Under the pieces are notes generated by a model that saw only the letters and a list, made by a program, of their open reading frames with translations, had not been told where the DNA came from and searched no databases. From assembly GCA_008080745.1 (NCBI GenBank), contig SHMX01000004.1, positions 240,001 to 272,000 on the forward strand: a stretch of DNA of 32,000 nucleotides, read 5' to 3'. Shown here in pieces: positions 9,901 through 18,618 of this stretch. Position 1 is the stretch's first letter. Every line of letters begins with the position of its first letter. The position numbers and the translations under genes were made by a program. This DNA comes from Candidatus Thorarchaeota archaeon. GTDB lineage: Archaea > Asgardarchaeota > Thorarchaeia > Thorarchaeales > Thorarchaeaceae.

Positions 9901-11487
9901 TTAGGAAGTTGGAACTTCTTCGTTGGACTCTTCCGTTTCATCCTCTTTTTCGGTTTCTTTTACATCATGTGCTTCAAGTACCACATCAACATCTGTATCT
10001 TCTTGGAGTGTTTCTGATGAAGATTCCTCTTCATTTTTGTATTTTTGGAGAAGCACTGAGTAGGTATTCCAAGACATTAGAAAGCCTAATCCTAACATAA
10101 CAATTGCCACAAAAGAGAATACAGGTTCACTCAAAAGAAGGTAGGAAGAAGACATGGATCCAAATAATCCATAAGCGCTAGTACAAATTCCAACAATAAG
10201 TAGTATCTTTCCAAATATTGTCATTTCTGGGACTAGTTTTCGTTGTAGGGCGTGTATGATCAGGACTGTAGCAATGAGACCGAATATAGACCACCCCATG
10301 CCAATAGGGCCGAATAAGGCAACTAACCATGCAAAGGCATCGGAGAATATTCTTCCACTTGCGATTAGACCAACTATACCCAGAGGTACACCGATGAGGA
10401 AAAGACCCACAAAACCCGGAGTAAAGCTAGGTTTCTGAAATTCTTCTTTTTCATCCTCATCCTCTTTCTTACGACCAAATAACTTCCTCAAATTAAAGAG
10501 AGCTTTTATTCTATCGAAAAGAGATATTTGACCCGTGGCAGCAAAACTTGCTACACTCGACATCGTGGCTGCAGCGGCAACACCTGCAGTCGCTGCTCCA
10601 ACAGCTCCCATTGCTGCTGAGAAACCAGAATTTGCTGCAACATCTGCATCAATTTCTGCAGCACCTCCAATGAAGCTGTCAACATTATATTCGTATATGT
10701 AACTACGTGATTCAAATGTGACCTCATTATACACTGAAACCAATAACCACACCGATTCTGATTGGACTTCAATTCCAATTATCGTGGAAACTTCAGGAAA
10801 AGCGTTTTCTATTTCGTAGACATATTCCATCTCAAACGTAACAGGATTTACCACAATGACATATTGATTAGCCGTTATCCAATAAGCATCAAAAGCAAAC
10901 TTCAATGATACTTCTCCATGGATATCAAATCCTTCTGTGTCAATTGTATTGTTTTGAATAATATTCCCCTCAGGTTGGAATCTGATAATATTCGGATTCT
11001 CACCCCAGGATGCCTGTACAGTTACAAACTCGCTACCATATTTAGTTAAACCCAGCAGACTTTGATATCCACTGCCAAAACATGTACACTCGATGCTCTC
11101 TACAAGCTCTAGTGACTGCAGATCATATCGAAGTAAGAAGTAAGCATTTTCAAGCGAGTCATATTGGAGATATGTCAGGTAGGTCGACTCGACGGTTACA
11201 CCATATGGATAGATGGGACTAATGCTATGATTATCTAAACTTTGCCCTGTGGCAACATTCCATTTCTGGATGTGTGTTGAATTTTGAAGATACAATGTAT
11301 CCATATATACAGCTGGATGCATCGCGGAAGAATCAACTTCATATGAATTTGTGTATGTTGTTGTAACATTCTCATAGGCAAAGTTGAACTTTTCATTAGT
11401 ATACTCGATTGTATTGGATGCCATTCCTGTTTGAGGAATGATTATGAAACCTAGAAGGATAATCAGAAATATGAAATCTTTTCGCAT
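9901..11487 (-). CDS. Hypothetical membrane protein: signal peptide, beta-rich extracellular domain, Ala/Gly-rich segment, ~4 TM helices, acidic tail
   Basis: Long ORF (track start is GTG 11496; ATG 11487 gives MRKDFIFLIILLGFIIIPQTGMA, a signal peptide). Hydrophobic segments in the C-terminal third and a Glu/Asp/Thr-rich terminus. No family recognised. Confidence 0.8.
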   Translation of the reverse strand: MRKDFIFLIILLGFIIIPQTGMASNTIEYTNEKFNFAYENVTTTYTNSYEVDSSAMHPAVYMDTLYLQNSTHIQKWNVATGQSLDNHSISPIYPYGVTVESTYLTYLQYDSLENAYFLLRYDLQSLELVESIECTCFGSGYQSLLGLTKYGSEFVTVQASWGENPNIIRFQPEGNIIQNNTIDTEGFDIHGEVSLKFAFDAYWITANQYVIVVNPVTFEMEYVYEIENAFPEVSTIIGIEVQSESVWLLVSVYNEVTFESRSYIYEYNVDSFIGGAAEIDADVAANSGFSAAMGAVGAATAGVAAAATMSSVASFAATGQISLFDRIKALFNLRKLFGRKKEDEDEKEEFQKPSFTPGFVGLFLIGVPLGIVGLIASGRIFSDAFAWLVALFGPIGMGWSIFGLIATVLIIHALQRKLVPEMTIFGKILLIVGICTSAYGLFGSMSSSYLLLSEPVFSFVAIVMLGLGFLMSWNTYSVLLQKYKNEEESSSETLQEDTDVDVVLEAHDVKETEKEDETEESNEEVPTS

Positions 11488-11586
11488 ATGACTCACTCGC
11501 TATCACTCAAATATCATAATAGCTATTCAAACCTGTTATGAAGGTACTTGGAATGTATGCTTTGTGATGGTTTTGTTCTTCAAGTT

Positions 11587-13503
11587 TCAATGTAGGAACT
11601 TCTCTGGGTGAATGAATTCACCGTATTTCTCTTGAGCTTCTTTGAGTCGTGCATGTTGTTTACCAAGTATTTCGAAGAGTCTGTCCGGTGTATCTTGAAC
11701 ATTTTCTTTGTAAATGGTTTGAATACGTTCGTTCTTTTCAAGCAGTTGAGGTATTCTGATAGTGAATAGAGTATCATACTCCTCCCGACTAAAGTCCTTA
11801 TCCAGATGTTTTTGGAATAGCTTGCTCAAATCCTCGTAGTGCGGTAAATATCCTGTTGGGGTCTCAATAGCATCTATTTCTCCGTGTGCGCGTAATTCCA
11901 TCCACTGCAACCACACCCGTTTATCTTGTTTATCGCTGATGTAGTTTCCATCCGCATCTGTGAGAAAGTAATTAACACTGAAAATTCTAGGTAAGATATC
12001 GACAGTTCCGCCAAAATCTAGGTGGTTCTGTATATACTGACCTATCGGAATCGATACGAAGTCCATATTGGAGAATGGATTGAATTTCCTTACACCACTA
12101 GGACCAAGAGTAGCAGCTGTCGTTTCAGATTCCAGACTAGCTCCCATTGTGATGACGCCGTGTTCCCAATCAAAAGCTTCCTGAACTGGGACCCAAGTAT
12201 CGGGGTCACGACCTCCATATATTATACCCCCTACAACAACTCCTCTGGGATCATCAATCTGTTCATCCATGTTTGGTAAATCCGGAAGACGGATTGTGTA
12301 TCTGGCATTTTTATGAGCATAAGGTATCTCATGCCCATTCTCATCTACTCTCCCTTCGAACCATTGACCTGAGTGGTTGACACCACGTTTTGGTAGATCT
12401 TGTCCATCCCCAAGCCATCGTGGTTCAGCATCCTCCGTGATAAGCACATTTGAAAATATTGCAGGAACTTGTGAATGCAATACGTCCCATATCAGCGGGT
12501 CATCTCTCTCATTAACTGACCGAATGATTCCAAAGATACCACGTTCAACATTGACTGCTCTAATTCGACCGTCGATAGGTCTTAGATATGCCAAATCATC
12601 TCCAACTATTGTAGTACCTCTCACCATAGAAGTACTGGTTTTTCCACACCCTGAGGGAAATGCACCTGTAAAGTATGTCTTTCTACTTCCAGGACCTTTG
12701 ACACCCATTAGGAACATATGTTCTGCTAGCCATCCCTCTCGGTCTGCTTTTCTTATTGCAAGTCTGAGGGCGAGTTTTTTCAAACCAATAGTATTTCCCG
12801 CATATTGAGTATTGAAGCTATAGACTGTATTCTCTTTGTAATCTATTGCTACACCTCGTTTTTTCCAGTCTGTGCTTACAGCGTGAATGAGTTTTCCTGA
12901 TGAGTGTAGCATCCAAAATATTTCTCTATCCTCTGGAAGTCTTCTGAAGTATTCGTATCCTCTTCTGTATAGAAGGTCCTCACTATGTGCAACATAGAAT
13001 GAATCCGTGATTTGAACACAAGGAATTGAAAAGGGCGAGTCCAAGGGGCCTAGACAGAAAAATCGAACAACCATCTTTTTGTGTTCCATATTTCCATCCA
13101 TTCGGTCTTGGACCATTTTGAGACCTTTCTCTCTGTCCATTTGTGCTAACTGCTCTCCTAAGCTCTCACCTTCTGGTACCAAATACAGAGTTCTTTCTTT
13201 ATCGCGAGCTTGATCGTAAAAACCATCAAAATGAACAGTATGATAGGGATTAGACAGTGGTGTTTCTTCGCCTCTTGCAATTGCAGTTCTCCGGATATAT
13301 TCTGTGTCCATCCTGCTATCATTACAGACGAAGACCTTCATGGGTTTGCATAACTCGATAGCCTCCGCCACAAATCGATGTACTCTCCTATTTGGAATAG
13401 CAAGAAGCTTGCGAAAATTCACATCTGTCAGGGCTGCTTCAAGAATAGCGATATAGTCCGTCATGATACTGGCCTCATCCACTACCGGTGTGGCCTGAGC
13501 CAA
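11587..13503 (-). CDS. pckG: Phosphoenolpyruvate carboxykinase (GTP), archaeal-type
   Basis: 638 aa; TTG start with SD AAGGTAGGA. Motifs WLAEHM, GAFPSGCGKTS (P-loop-like kinase-1a), VGDDLAY, AVNVERGIFG, NARYT, IIYGGRD, NPFSNMDF and F.VNYF are diagnostic of GTP-dependent PEPCK. Confidence 0.96.
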   Translation of the reverse strand: MAQATPVVDEASIMTDYIAILEAALTDVNFRKLLAIPNRRVHRFVAEAIELCKPMKVFVCNDSRMDTEYIRRTAIARGEETPLSNPYHTVHFDGFYDQARDKERTLYLVPEGESLGEQLAQMDREKGLKMVQDRMDGNMEHKKMVVRFFCLGPLDSPFSIPCVQITDSFYVAHSEDLLYRRGYEYFRRLPEDREIFWMLHSSGKLIHAVSTDWKKRGVAIDYKENTVYSFNTQYAGNTIGLKKLALRLAIRKADREGWLAEHMFLMGVKGPGSRKTYFTGAFPSGCGKTSTSMVRGTTIVGDDLAYLRPIDGRIRAVNVERGIFGIIRSVNERDDPLIWDVLHSQVPAIFSNVLITEDAEPRWLGDGQDLPKRGVNHSGQWFEGRVDENGHEIPYAHKNARYTIRLPDLPNMDEQIDDPRGVVVGGIIYGGRDPDTWVPVQEAFDWEHGVITMGASLESETTAATLGPSGVRKFNPFSNMDFVSIPIGQYIQNHLDFGGTVDILPRIFSVNYFLTDADGNYISDKQDKRVWLQWMELRAHGEIDAIETPTGYLPHYEDLSKLFQKHLDKDFSREEYDTLFTIRIPQLLEKNERIQTIYKENVQDTPDRLFEILGKQHARLKEAQEKYGEFIHPEKFLH

Positions 13504-13691
13504 TATCCTACCTTAATAATGCTCCTGCCAGCGGCAAACCTAGTTCATCCTCAGAACATGATGAATTTTATTTAGAATTATTAACGGGTCAGCATTTCAT
13601 CTTCATGGTGGACGTAATGAACTTGATAGTGATCCTCTTACATTCATTTCTTTTCAACATAATATTTGTGAGGGAACTGGTCGGGTAAGAT

Positions 13692-14069
13692 TCAGTCAAA
13701 TTTCTCGGGGCTAAATATAATCAAGTACAAAAATGCCAAATTTACAACCATTAATACAGCAAACAACATCCCCATTGATATTATGCCCAGTTGAATATAG
13801 TAACCCGGGCTAGCAATCAATGTGTAGAGTAAAGCTCCAAGTGAGAACGTATACAATCTTATTCCCCATTTTCTATCCAGTGCTAACCCAATAGATGAAA
13901 CTAACAAAAGAACTGCAGTGATTATTTCAGCAAATATGTGTGTAATGACTCGATAGAATTCAGTCTGTAATTCAGGTATTTGATTTGTTGACATAAGTAT
14001 AATCCATAATCCAATAATTGATAGTCCGACAAAGCCAGCATAAAGGGAGGCAATTCGTTTCAGATTCAT
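13692..14069 (-). CDS. Small hypothetical membrane protein (~4 TM)
   Basis: 125 aa, four hydrophobic segments, SD-like GTGAGA upstream; fills the gap between pckG and a GNAT gene. Confidence 0.8.
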   Translation of the reverse strand: MNLKRIASLYAGFVGLSIIGLWIILMSTNQIPELQTEFYRVITHIFAEIITAVLLLVSSIGLALDRKWGIRLYTFSLGALLYTLIASPGYYIQLGIISMGMLFAVLMVVNLAFLYLIIFSPEKFD

Positions 14070-14201
14070 TTATCTCACTGGACTACAGAACCAGTGTCTC
14101 TCTTTTTAGACTTGATATGAAAGCAACCATAAAAATTACAAATACATTTTTCAAACTATAATTTAACAAGTATTTTCCTCCTACTAGTATTCATAGATAA
14201 T

Positions 14202-15005
14202 TCATGAAATGTTGAGAGTCATTTTGAAAAGTTTGTGATGGAGTCGATATCCTCTTCTTTCACAGAGGTTTGCAAGTTCATGATTGTTAGTCTGTGTGAT
14301 TCTTATGTAATTAAATTGAGGTAGCATATATGATTGCAATCCATGCATAAAATCGTCAAATGATTCTACCATATCAATCTCAAAAGGAAAACACCCAGGA
14401 AAGGACGGTGTAAACCTGCATGCACCTACTATATCTTTATTTTTATCCTTAAGTGTAAACACATGCTGTCCTGGCTTTCTAAGAAACCTTCTTATCTCAG
14501 CTGTTGGCATGGAGGGATACTTTGTTCCAACAAAATCAATATCCTCTTCCTTAATTTGATCACAGGTGAATTTTTCTCTACTTTTAATATGATGAATTGG
14601 GACATAATATTGCCAAGCTATACCAGTTGTTTCAAAACCAAACTTTCTGTATAGACTCTGTGCGATATGATTGTCATGCTGGGTGTACAAGTGCACAGTT
14701 CTAATGGATCTCTTCTTGAACCACTCCAATGCTTTGCTAACAATAATTGTACCATATCCTTTTCCTTGGTGTTTTGGAGCAACAGCAACTCTTCCTAGAT
14801 GTCCTTCATCATCTCCAAATGGAGTGATTATGAGCTGACCTATCATTTCATCATCATAGTACAGTGCGAAAAATCCATCCTGCTGTACTCTGGCTCGAAA
14901 TTGATTCTCCCTCATAGTATCGTCTTGAAATGCTAAAATATCAAATTGGTGAAAATCCTGCCAATAATTTCCTCTCATCTTTTTTAGGGTTGGCAATGTC
15001 TTCAT
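14202..15005 (-). CDS. GNAT family N-acetyltransferase with a second, degenerate C-terminal domain
   Basis: Acetyl-CoA motif A 'LGRVAVAPKHQGKGYG' and motif B 'NHIAQSLYRKFGF'; an additional ~130 aa C-terminal region. Confidence 0.88.
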   Translation of the reverse strand: MKTLPTLKKMRGNYWQDFHQFDILAFQDDTMRENQFRARVQQDGFFALYYDDEMIGQLIITPFGDDEGHLGRVAVAPKHQGKGYGTIIVSKALEWFKKRSIRTVHLYTQHDNHIAQSLYRKFGFETTGIAWQYYVPIHHIKSREKFTCDQIKEEDIDFVGTKYPSMPTAEIRRFLRKPGQHVFTLKDKNKDIVGACRFTPSFPGCFPFEIDMVESFDDFMHGLQSYMLPQFNYIRITQTNNHELANLCERRGYRLHHKLFKMTLNIS

Positions 15006-15088
15006 ATTCTTTCACTGGTTCATTCTCTTCAGAATATGAAAAAGGTATGGCTAACTTGAATTAGCCTATCTGCAGAAATCGGTTATTT

Positions 15089-15946
15089 CTATTTCTTTAC
15101 ACGTTTTTTAGCCAGAAATTCCGCTTCAGTTCGTTTGTAACCTTTAGCGTATAGATAATCTAGAATTGAATCATGTTTGTCCTCTATCCAGAAGACTACT
15201 TTCTCTGATTGAATCTCACAATGGGCTTTCTTTACAACTGCCTTCCCAAAACCGGGTTTGAATGCAAAAGACACAGCTGTACAATCCGATTCTTTTGAAT
15301 CCTGCTCAAGCTGGATAAATCCAACAACCGAGTTTGCTTCCGGCTCGATCATGACATAACAACCCCCATTTCTAATTACATATTCCCACTCTTTTGGATC
15401 TCTATGTCCCCAATATGTATCTGGCTCAAGATGAATGAGTAGTGGTATGTGTTCGAATTTTGCTAATCGAATCCTAAGAATACTATCCTCAGGTTCTCCA
15501 AGAGCAGGCCCATCAAGTCTTAGGATTAGGGATTGAATTCCATAGTTCAGATTCTCAACAAAATTCACAGCTTCTAGACTATGCGTCTTAAGAGCAATAC
15601 CATAATGGGTTATGTTTGTGATGTTTTTGAGAAATGCAGATTCTGAATCCTCCACAATAGCTCTGCCAACACCTTTGTTTCTCCAATCTGGATGAACTGA
15701 TAACTCCCAAATAACACCCCATCCTAAACTGGATATCATCATATTTATTGCCACTCCAACTATTTTACCACCAATCTCAGCGACTCTCCAAAAATTCTTG
15801 AGGTCTCCATTTACAAGGCTCCTATCCCACCATCTGGCAAATCTAGCAAATGGCATGTCTGTAACATCTGGAATTCCTGTGCGGTAAACCTCAAAGAACT
15901 CTACTTTTTCATCTTGTTTGGGTGGTCTGACCATTATCTCTGCCAT
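15089..15946 (-). CDS. GNAT family N-acetyltransferase (tandem GNAT-like halves)
   Basis: Motif A 'ELSVHPDWRNKGVGRAI' and 'AVNFVENLNY'. The second half ends 'ILDYLYAKGYK'. ATG 15946 has SD GGAGA (track start 15970). Confidence 0.85.
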   Translation of the reverse strand: MAEIMVRPPKQDEKVEFFEVYRTGIPDVTDMPFARFARWWDRSLVNGDLKNFWRVAEIGGKIVGVAINMMISSLGWGVIWELSVHPDWRNKGVGRAIVEDSESAFLKNITNITHYGIALKTHSLEAVNFVENLNYGIQSLILRLDGPALGEPEDSILRIRLAKFEHIPLLIHLEPDTYWGHRDPKEWEYVIRNGGCYVMIEPEANSVVGFIQLEQDSKESDCTAVSFAFKPGFGKAVVKKAHCEIQSEKVVFWIEDKHDSILDYLYAKGYKRTEAEFLAKKRVKK

Positions 15947-16048
15947 TGCATCATATCTCCAGATTTGCAATAAATTATGAACTATCCATGTTAACTCATG
16001 TCTTGTGATTATATGAATGTGATTGTAGTTTTCTTATCTTTTCTCTTT

Positions 16049-16744
16049 CTAATCAGTTTCATTGATGTGATAATTCCTTGTGTTGCTAGAATTGATAGCT
16101 AGACTTATTCCTCCCAAAAAGGGTTCTCTATCTTCAGGTAAAAGGGGTCTTTTCAATAATACCCTCTTGATTGCCATTATTGCAAGATCATGTGTTACAT
16201 GAATATGAACGACGGGTTGGGATTCTTGTGAGATTCTATCTAATGTTTCGGCTACGAGGTTATCTGTATATTCATCAAAATTCTGAATCATGTCGTCAAA
16301 TTCTCCATTTGCCCATCTGTTGACGAATTCATGAACGTTTCTTCCATCAGGCTGCAAATTTTCCCATACTTTTTCATCATTAAATTCGGGAGCTACTAAA
16401 ATCGGCAAATTATCCATATCTATGATTGTTGCTCCTCTCTCTTCGAGACCCTCCGAAATTTTCTCAGCTGTTTCATAACATCGCGGTACAAAACTAAACC
16501 AAATCTGAAATGGTGAGTCGGTCGGCAGCTTTTTTCCCATCTTATATGCTGTCCTTTTTCCGATTTTTGTAAGTCCAGTACTGAACTGTACTGAGTGATC
16601 TTCAATGACCTCCCGGTGTGAATGTCTAAGAAGAAGCATTATCCTCTCGTCTACTTCTCTATTATTGATCCATTCGACAATATTCCTAGCACTATCGAGC
16701 CAATCCAGATCATGCCATTCATTTTTTTCATTCAAGTCTATCAC
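16049..16744 (-). CDS. Histidine phosphatase superfamily protein (phosphoglycerate mutase-like)
   Basis: RHS variant of the RHG motif (LLLRHSHRE), 'LTKIG', 'PRCYETA' and a second His in 'VTHD'. GTG start. Confidence 0.85.
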   Translation of the reverse strand: MIDLNEKNEWHDLDWLDSARNIVEWINNREVDERIMLLLRHSHREVIEDHSVQFSTGLTKIGKRTAYKMGKKLPTDSPFQIWFSFVPRCYETAEKISEGLEERGATIIDMDNLPILVAPEFNDEKVWENLQPDGRNVHEFVNRWANGEFDDMIQNFDEYTDNLVAETLDRISQESQPVVHIHVTHDLAIMAIKRVLLKRPLLPEDREPFLGGISLAINSSNTRNYHINETD

Positions 16745-16895
16745 TTCGTTGAGGGGTGTAGTCTGTCTTTGAAGTACTCTTTGGTGCAGCTATTCTAATA
16801 CCTTGTAATGTCCTATTATTACTGATGATGAACATTTTCCTTTTAGTCAACAGAGCAATTTTCTCTATCCTTTTCTAAACCAGCAGAAAAATAGT

Positions 16896-18326
16896 ATGGA
16901 ACGCAATAAGATGCTACATAAATCGAAATCACTTTTTAAGAATACATACATCCGACAAAGTCGTGAAATGGAGACCTTAGAATTGATGAATCCAACTACT
17001 AAAAGGGAGAAGGCAATTGTATTATGTGGACTATGTGTTGTTTTTCTTATTGTAGTTTCCATTATTTTGTTTCCTTCTTTATCCTTTGTTCCAGAATCTA
17101 AAGAATTGGAATGGCATCACATGTATGGTGGTTCTGAGCAAGACTGGGCGTATTCTATTCAAAACACAACAGATGGGGGTTTCATATTAGCTGGAGTTTC
17201 TCGTTCAAATGATATTGCAGGTTGTACAAATAATGGGGGTGATGATATCTATATTTTGAAATTGGATATGGATGGTACTATTGAATGGCAGAGCCTTTAT
17301 GGTGGAAGTGGGAATGATTATGCTTACGAAATATTCCAGGCCAATGATGGGGGGTTTATTATTATTGGTGAATCTGATTCAACTGACTTTCAAGGATGTA
17401 TAAACAACGGAAAGATGGATTCTATCGTTTTGAAATTAGATTCAGCAGGAGAAGTTGATTGGGCTAGAATGTATGGTGGTAGCCAAAACGACCTCTTTAT
17501 CTCAATACAAGAACTATCTGATGGAAGTTTAATTCTGGGTGGAGAATCTGGGTCAAATGATATCCAAGGGTGTTCAAATAACGGAATGCAAGATGCATAC
17601 ATAGCAAAATTGACTTCTGATGGCTCTCTTATATGGCAGGAGCTCTATGGTGGAGAAAGTGAAGACCGTGCCTTGTGTGTTCGACAGACCTTTGATAATG
17701 GGTTTATTGTCTTTGGAAGTTCAAACTCGCAAAACACAGCTAGCACAAATCACGGAGATTATGATTTCTATACTTTGAAACTCAACTCAACAGGTAATCT
17801 AACTTGGCAACAAATGTACGGAGGAAACGGACGTGAGTGGGGCTTTACTGTCCTACAGACAACAGATGGAGGTTATATTGCATGCGGTCTCTCAGATTCC
17901 ACAAATATTGTTGGTTGTCCAGCACTTGGTGAATGGGACTCGTACATAATTCGGATAGAATCTGATGGAGAACTAGTCTGGCAAAAAAGGTATGGAGGTA
18001 GTTCAGCAGATCTATCTTACGTTATTCAGTCAACTGAAGACGGATTCATTCTATCAGGAGGGTCTTGGTCAACTGATATTGAGAATTGTACTAATCATGG
18101 AGAACGAGACTTCTATATCTACAAGATTGATACATTTGGCGAATTACTGTGGCAGACAATGTATGGTGGAGCTGGTGTTGATTATGCCTCGTCTTTTGTT
18201 CAACTGAACGATGGATGTATTGTAGTTTCAGGTGGATCTGAATCAACAAATCTTGAGGGTGTTCAAAATCATGGTGCATGGGATGTTTATATTATGAAAT
18301 TAAATATTGAAAAAAGCGGCACCTAA
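16896..18326 (+). CDS. Membrane-anchored or secreted seven-bladed beta-propeller repeat protein
   Basis: One N-terminal TM (AIVLCGLCVVFLIVVSIILF), then seven ~58-aa repeats 'W...YGG...D....I..T.DGGFI..G.S.S.D..GC.N.G..D.YI.KL...G'. The true start may be 16968 or 16986. Confidence 0.88.
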   Translation: MERNKMLHKSKSLFKNTYIRQSREMETLELMNPTTKREKAIVLCGLCVVFLIVVSIILFPSLSFVPESKELEWHHMYGGSEQDWAYSIQNTTDGGFILAGVSRSNDIAGCTNNGGDDIYILKLDMDGTIEWQSLYGGSGNDYAYEIFQANDGGFIIIGESDSTDFQGCINNGKMDSIVLKLDSAGEVDWARMYGGSQNDLFISIQELSDGSLILGGESGSNDIQGCSNNGMQDAYIAKLTSDGSLIWQELYGGESEDRALCVRQTFDNGFIVFGSSNSQNTASTNHGDYDFYTLKLNSTGNLTWQQMYGGNGREWGFTVLQTTDGGYIACGLSDSTNIVGCPALGEWDSYIIRIESDGELVWQKRYGGSSADLSYVIQSTEDGFILSGGSWSTDIENCTNHGERDFYIYKIDTFGELLWQTMYGGAGVDYASSFVQLNDGCIVVSGGSESTNLEGVQNHGAWDVYIMKLNIEKSGT

Positions 18327-18563
18327 TGCTCTATAATTTTACGCTCAAAATTCTCACAAGGTGTGAGCCGAACAGCAAGGTTTTGTAGGAGGGGGGAGTT
18401 ATGTGTAATGAGGGCATGTTACGAAAACTAGACCCTACTATTCCTGCTCACATGTCTAGGGCTGCGTATAACCATTTAAGGTCTTCTCTCAGAACAGTCG
18501 AGATTTGAATTTTCAAGCTTCTAAAAGAAATAGAATCGATTTTCAAATAACACCCACATCAAT

Positions 18564-18576
18564 GGAAAGCTTAAAT
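18564..18576 (+). promoter_or_regulatory. Putative archaeal BRE/TATA element for 18619..19995
   Basis: GGAAAGCTTAAAT (purine-rich BRE followed by TTAAAT) lies ~43-55 nt upstream of an ATG that carries SD GGGAGG. Confidence 0.45.
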
Positions 18577-18618
18577 CCTTAGAAGCATGCAGTGTAAGTA
18601 AGTTAGGGAGGAAAAATA

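Noticed and set aside
13551-13606. Second C/D-box-like pattern upstream of pckG (ATGAAGA..CTGA..CTGA, minus strand)
   Set aside because: Box C is imperfect, the first guide is only 7 nt, and there is no C' box.
14083-14169. 28-codon TTG ORF behind GGAGG (MLNYSLKNVFVIFMVAFISSLKRETLVL)
   Set aside because: Very short, AT-rich and with a non-ATG start; it cannot be distinguished from chance.
18364-18400. GAGCCG...GGAGGGGGG resembling group II intron domain V/VI
   Set aside because: It lacks the complementary CGGTTC strand of domain V; there is no GTGCG 5' end and no maturase.
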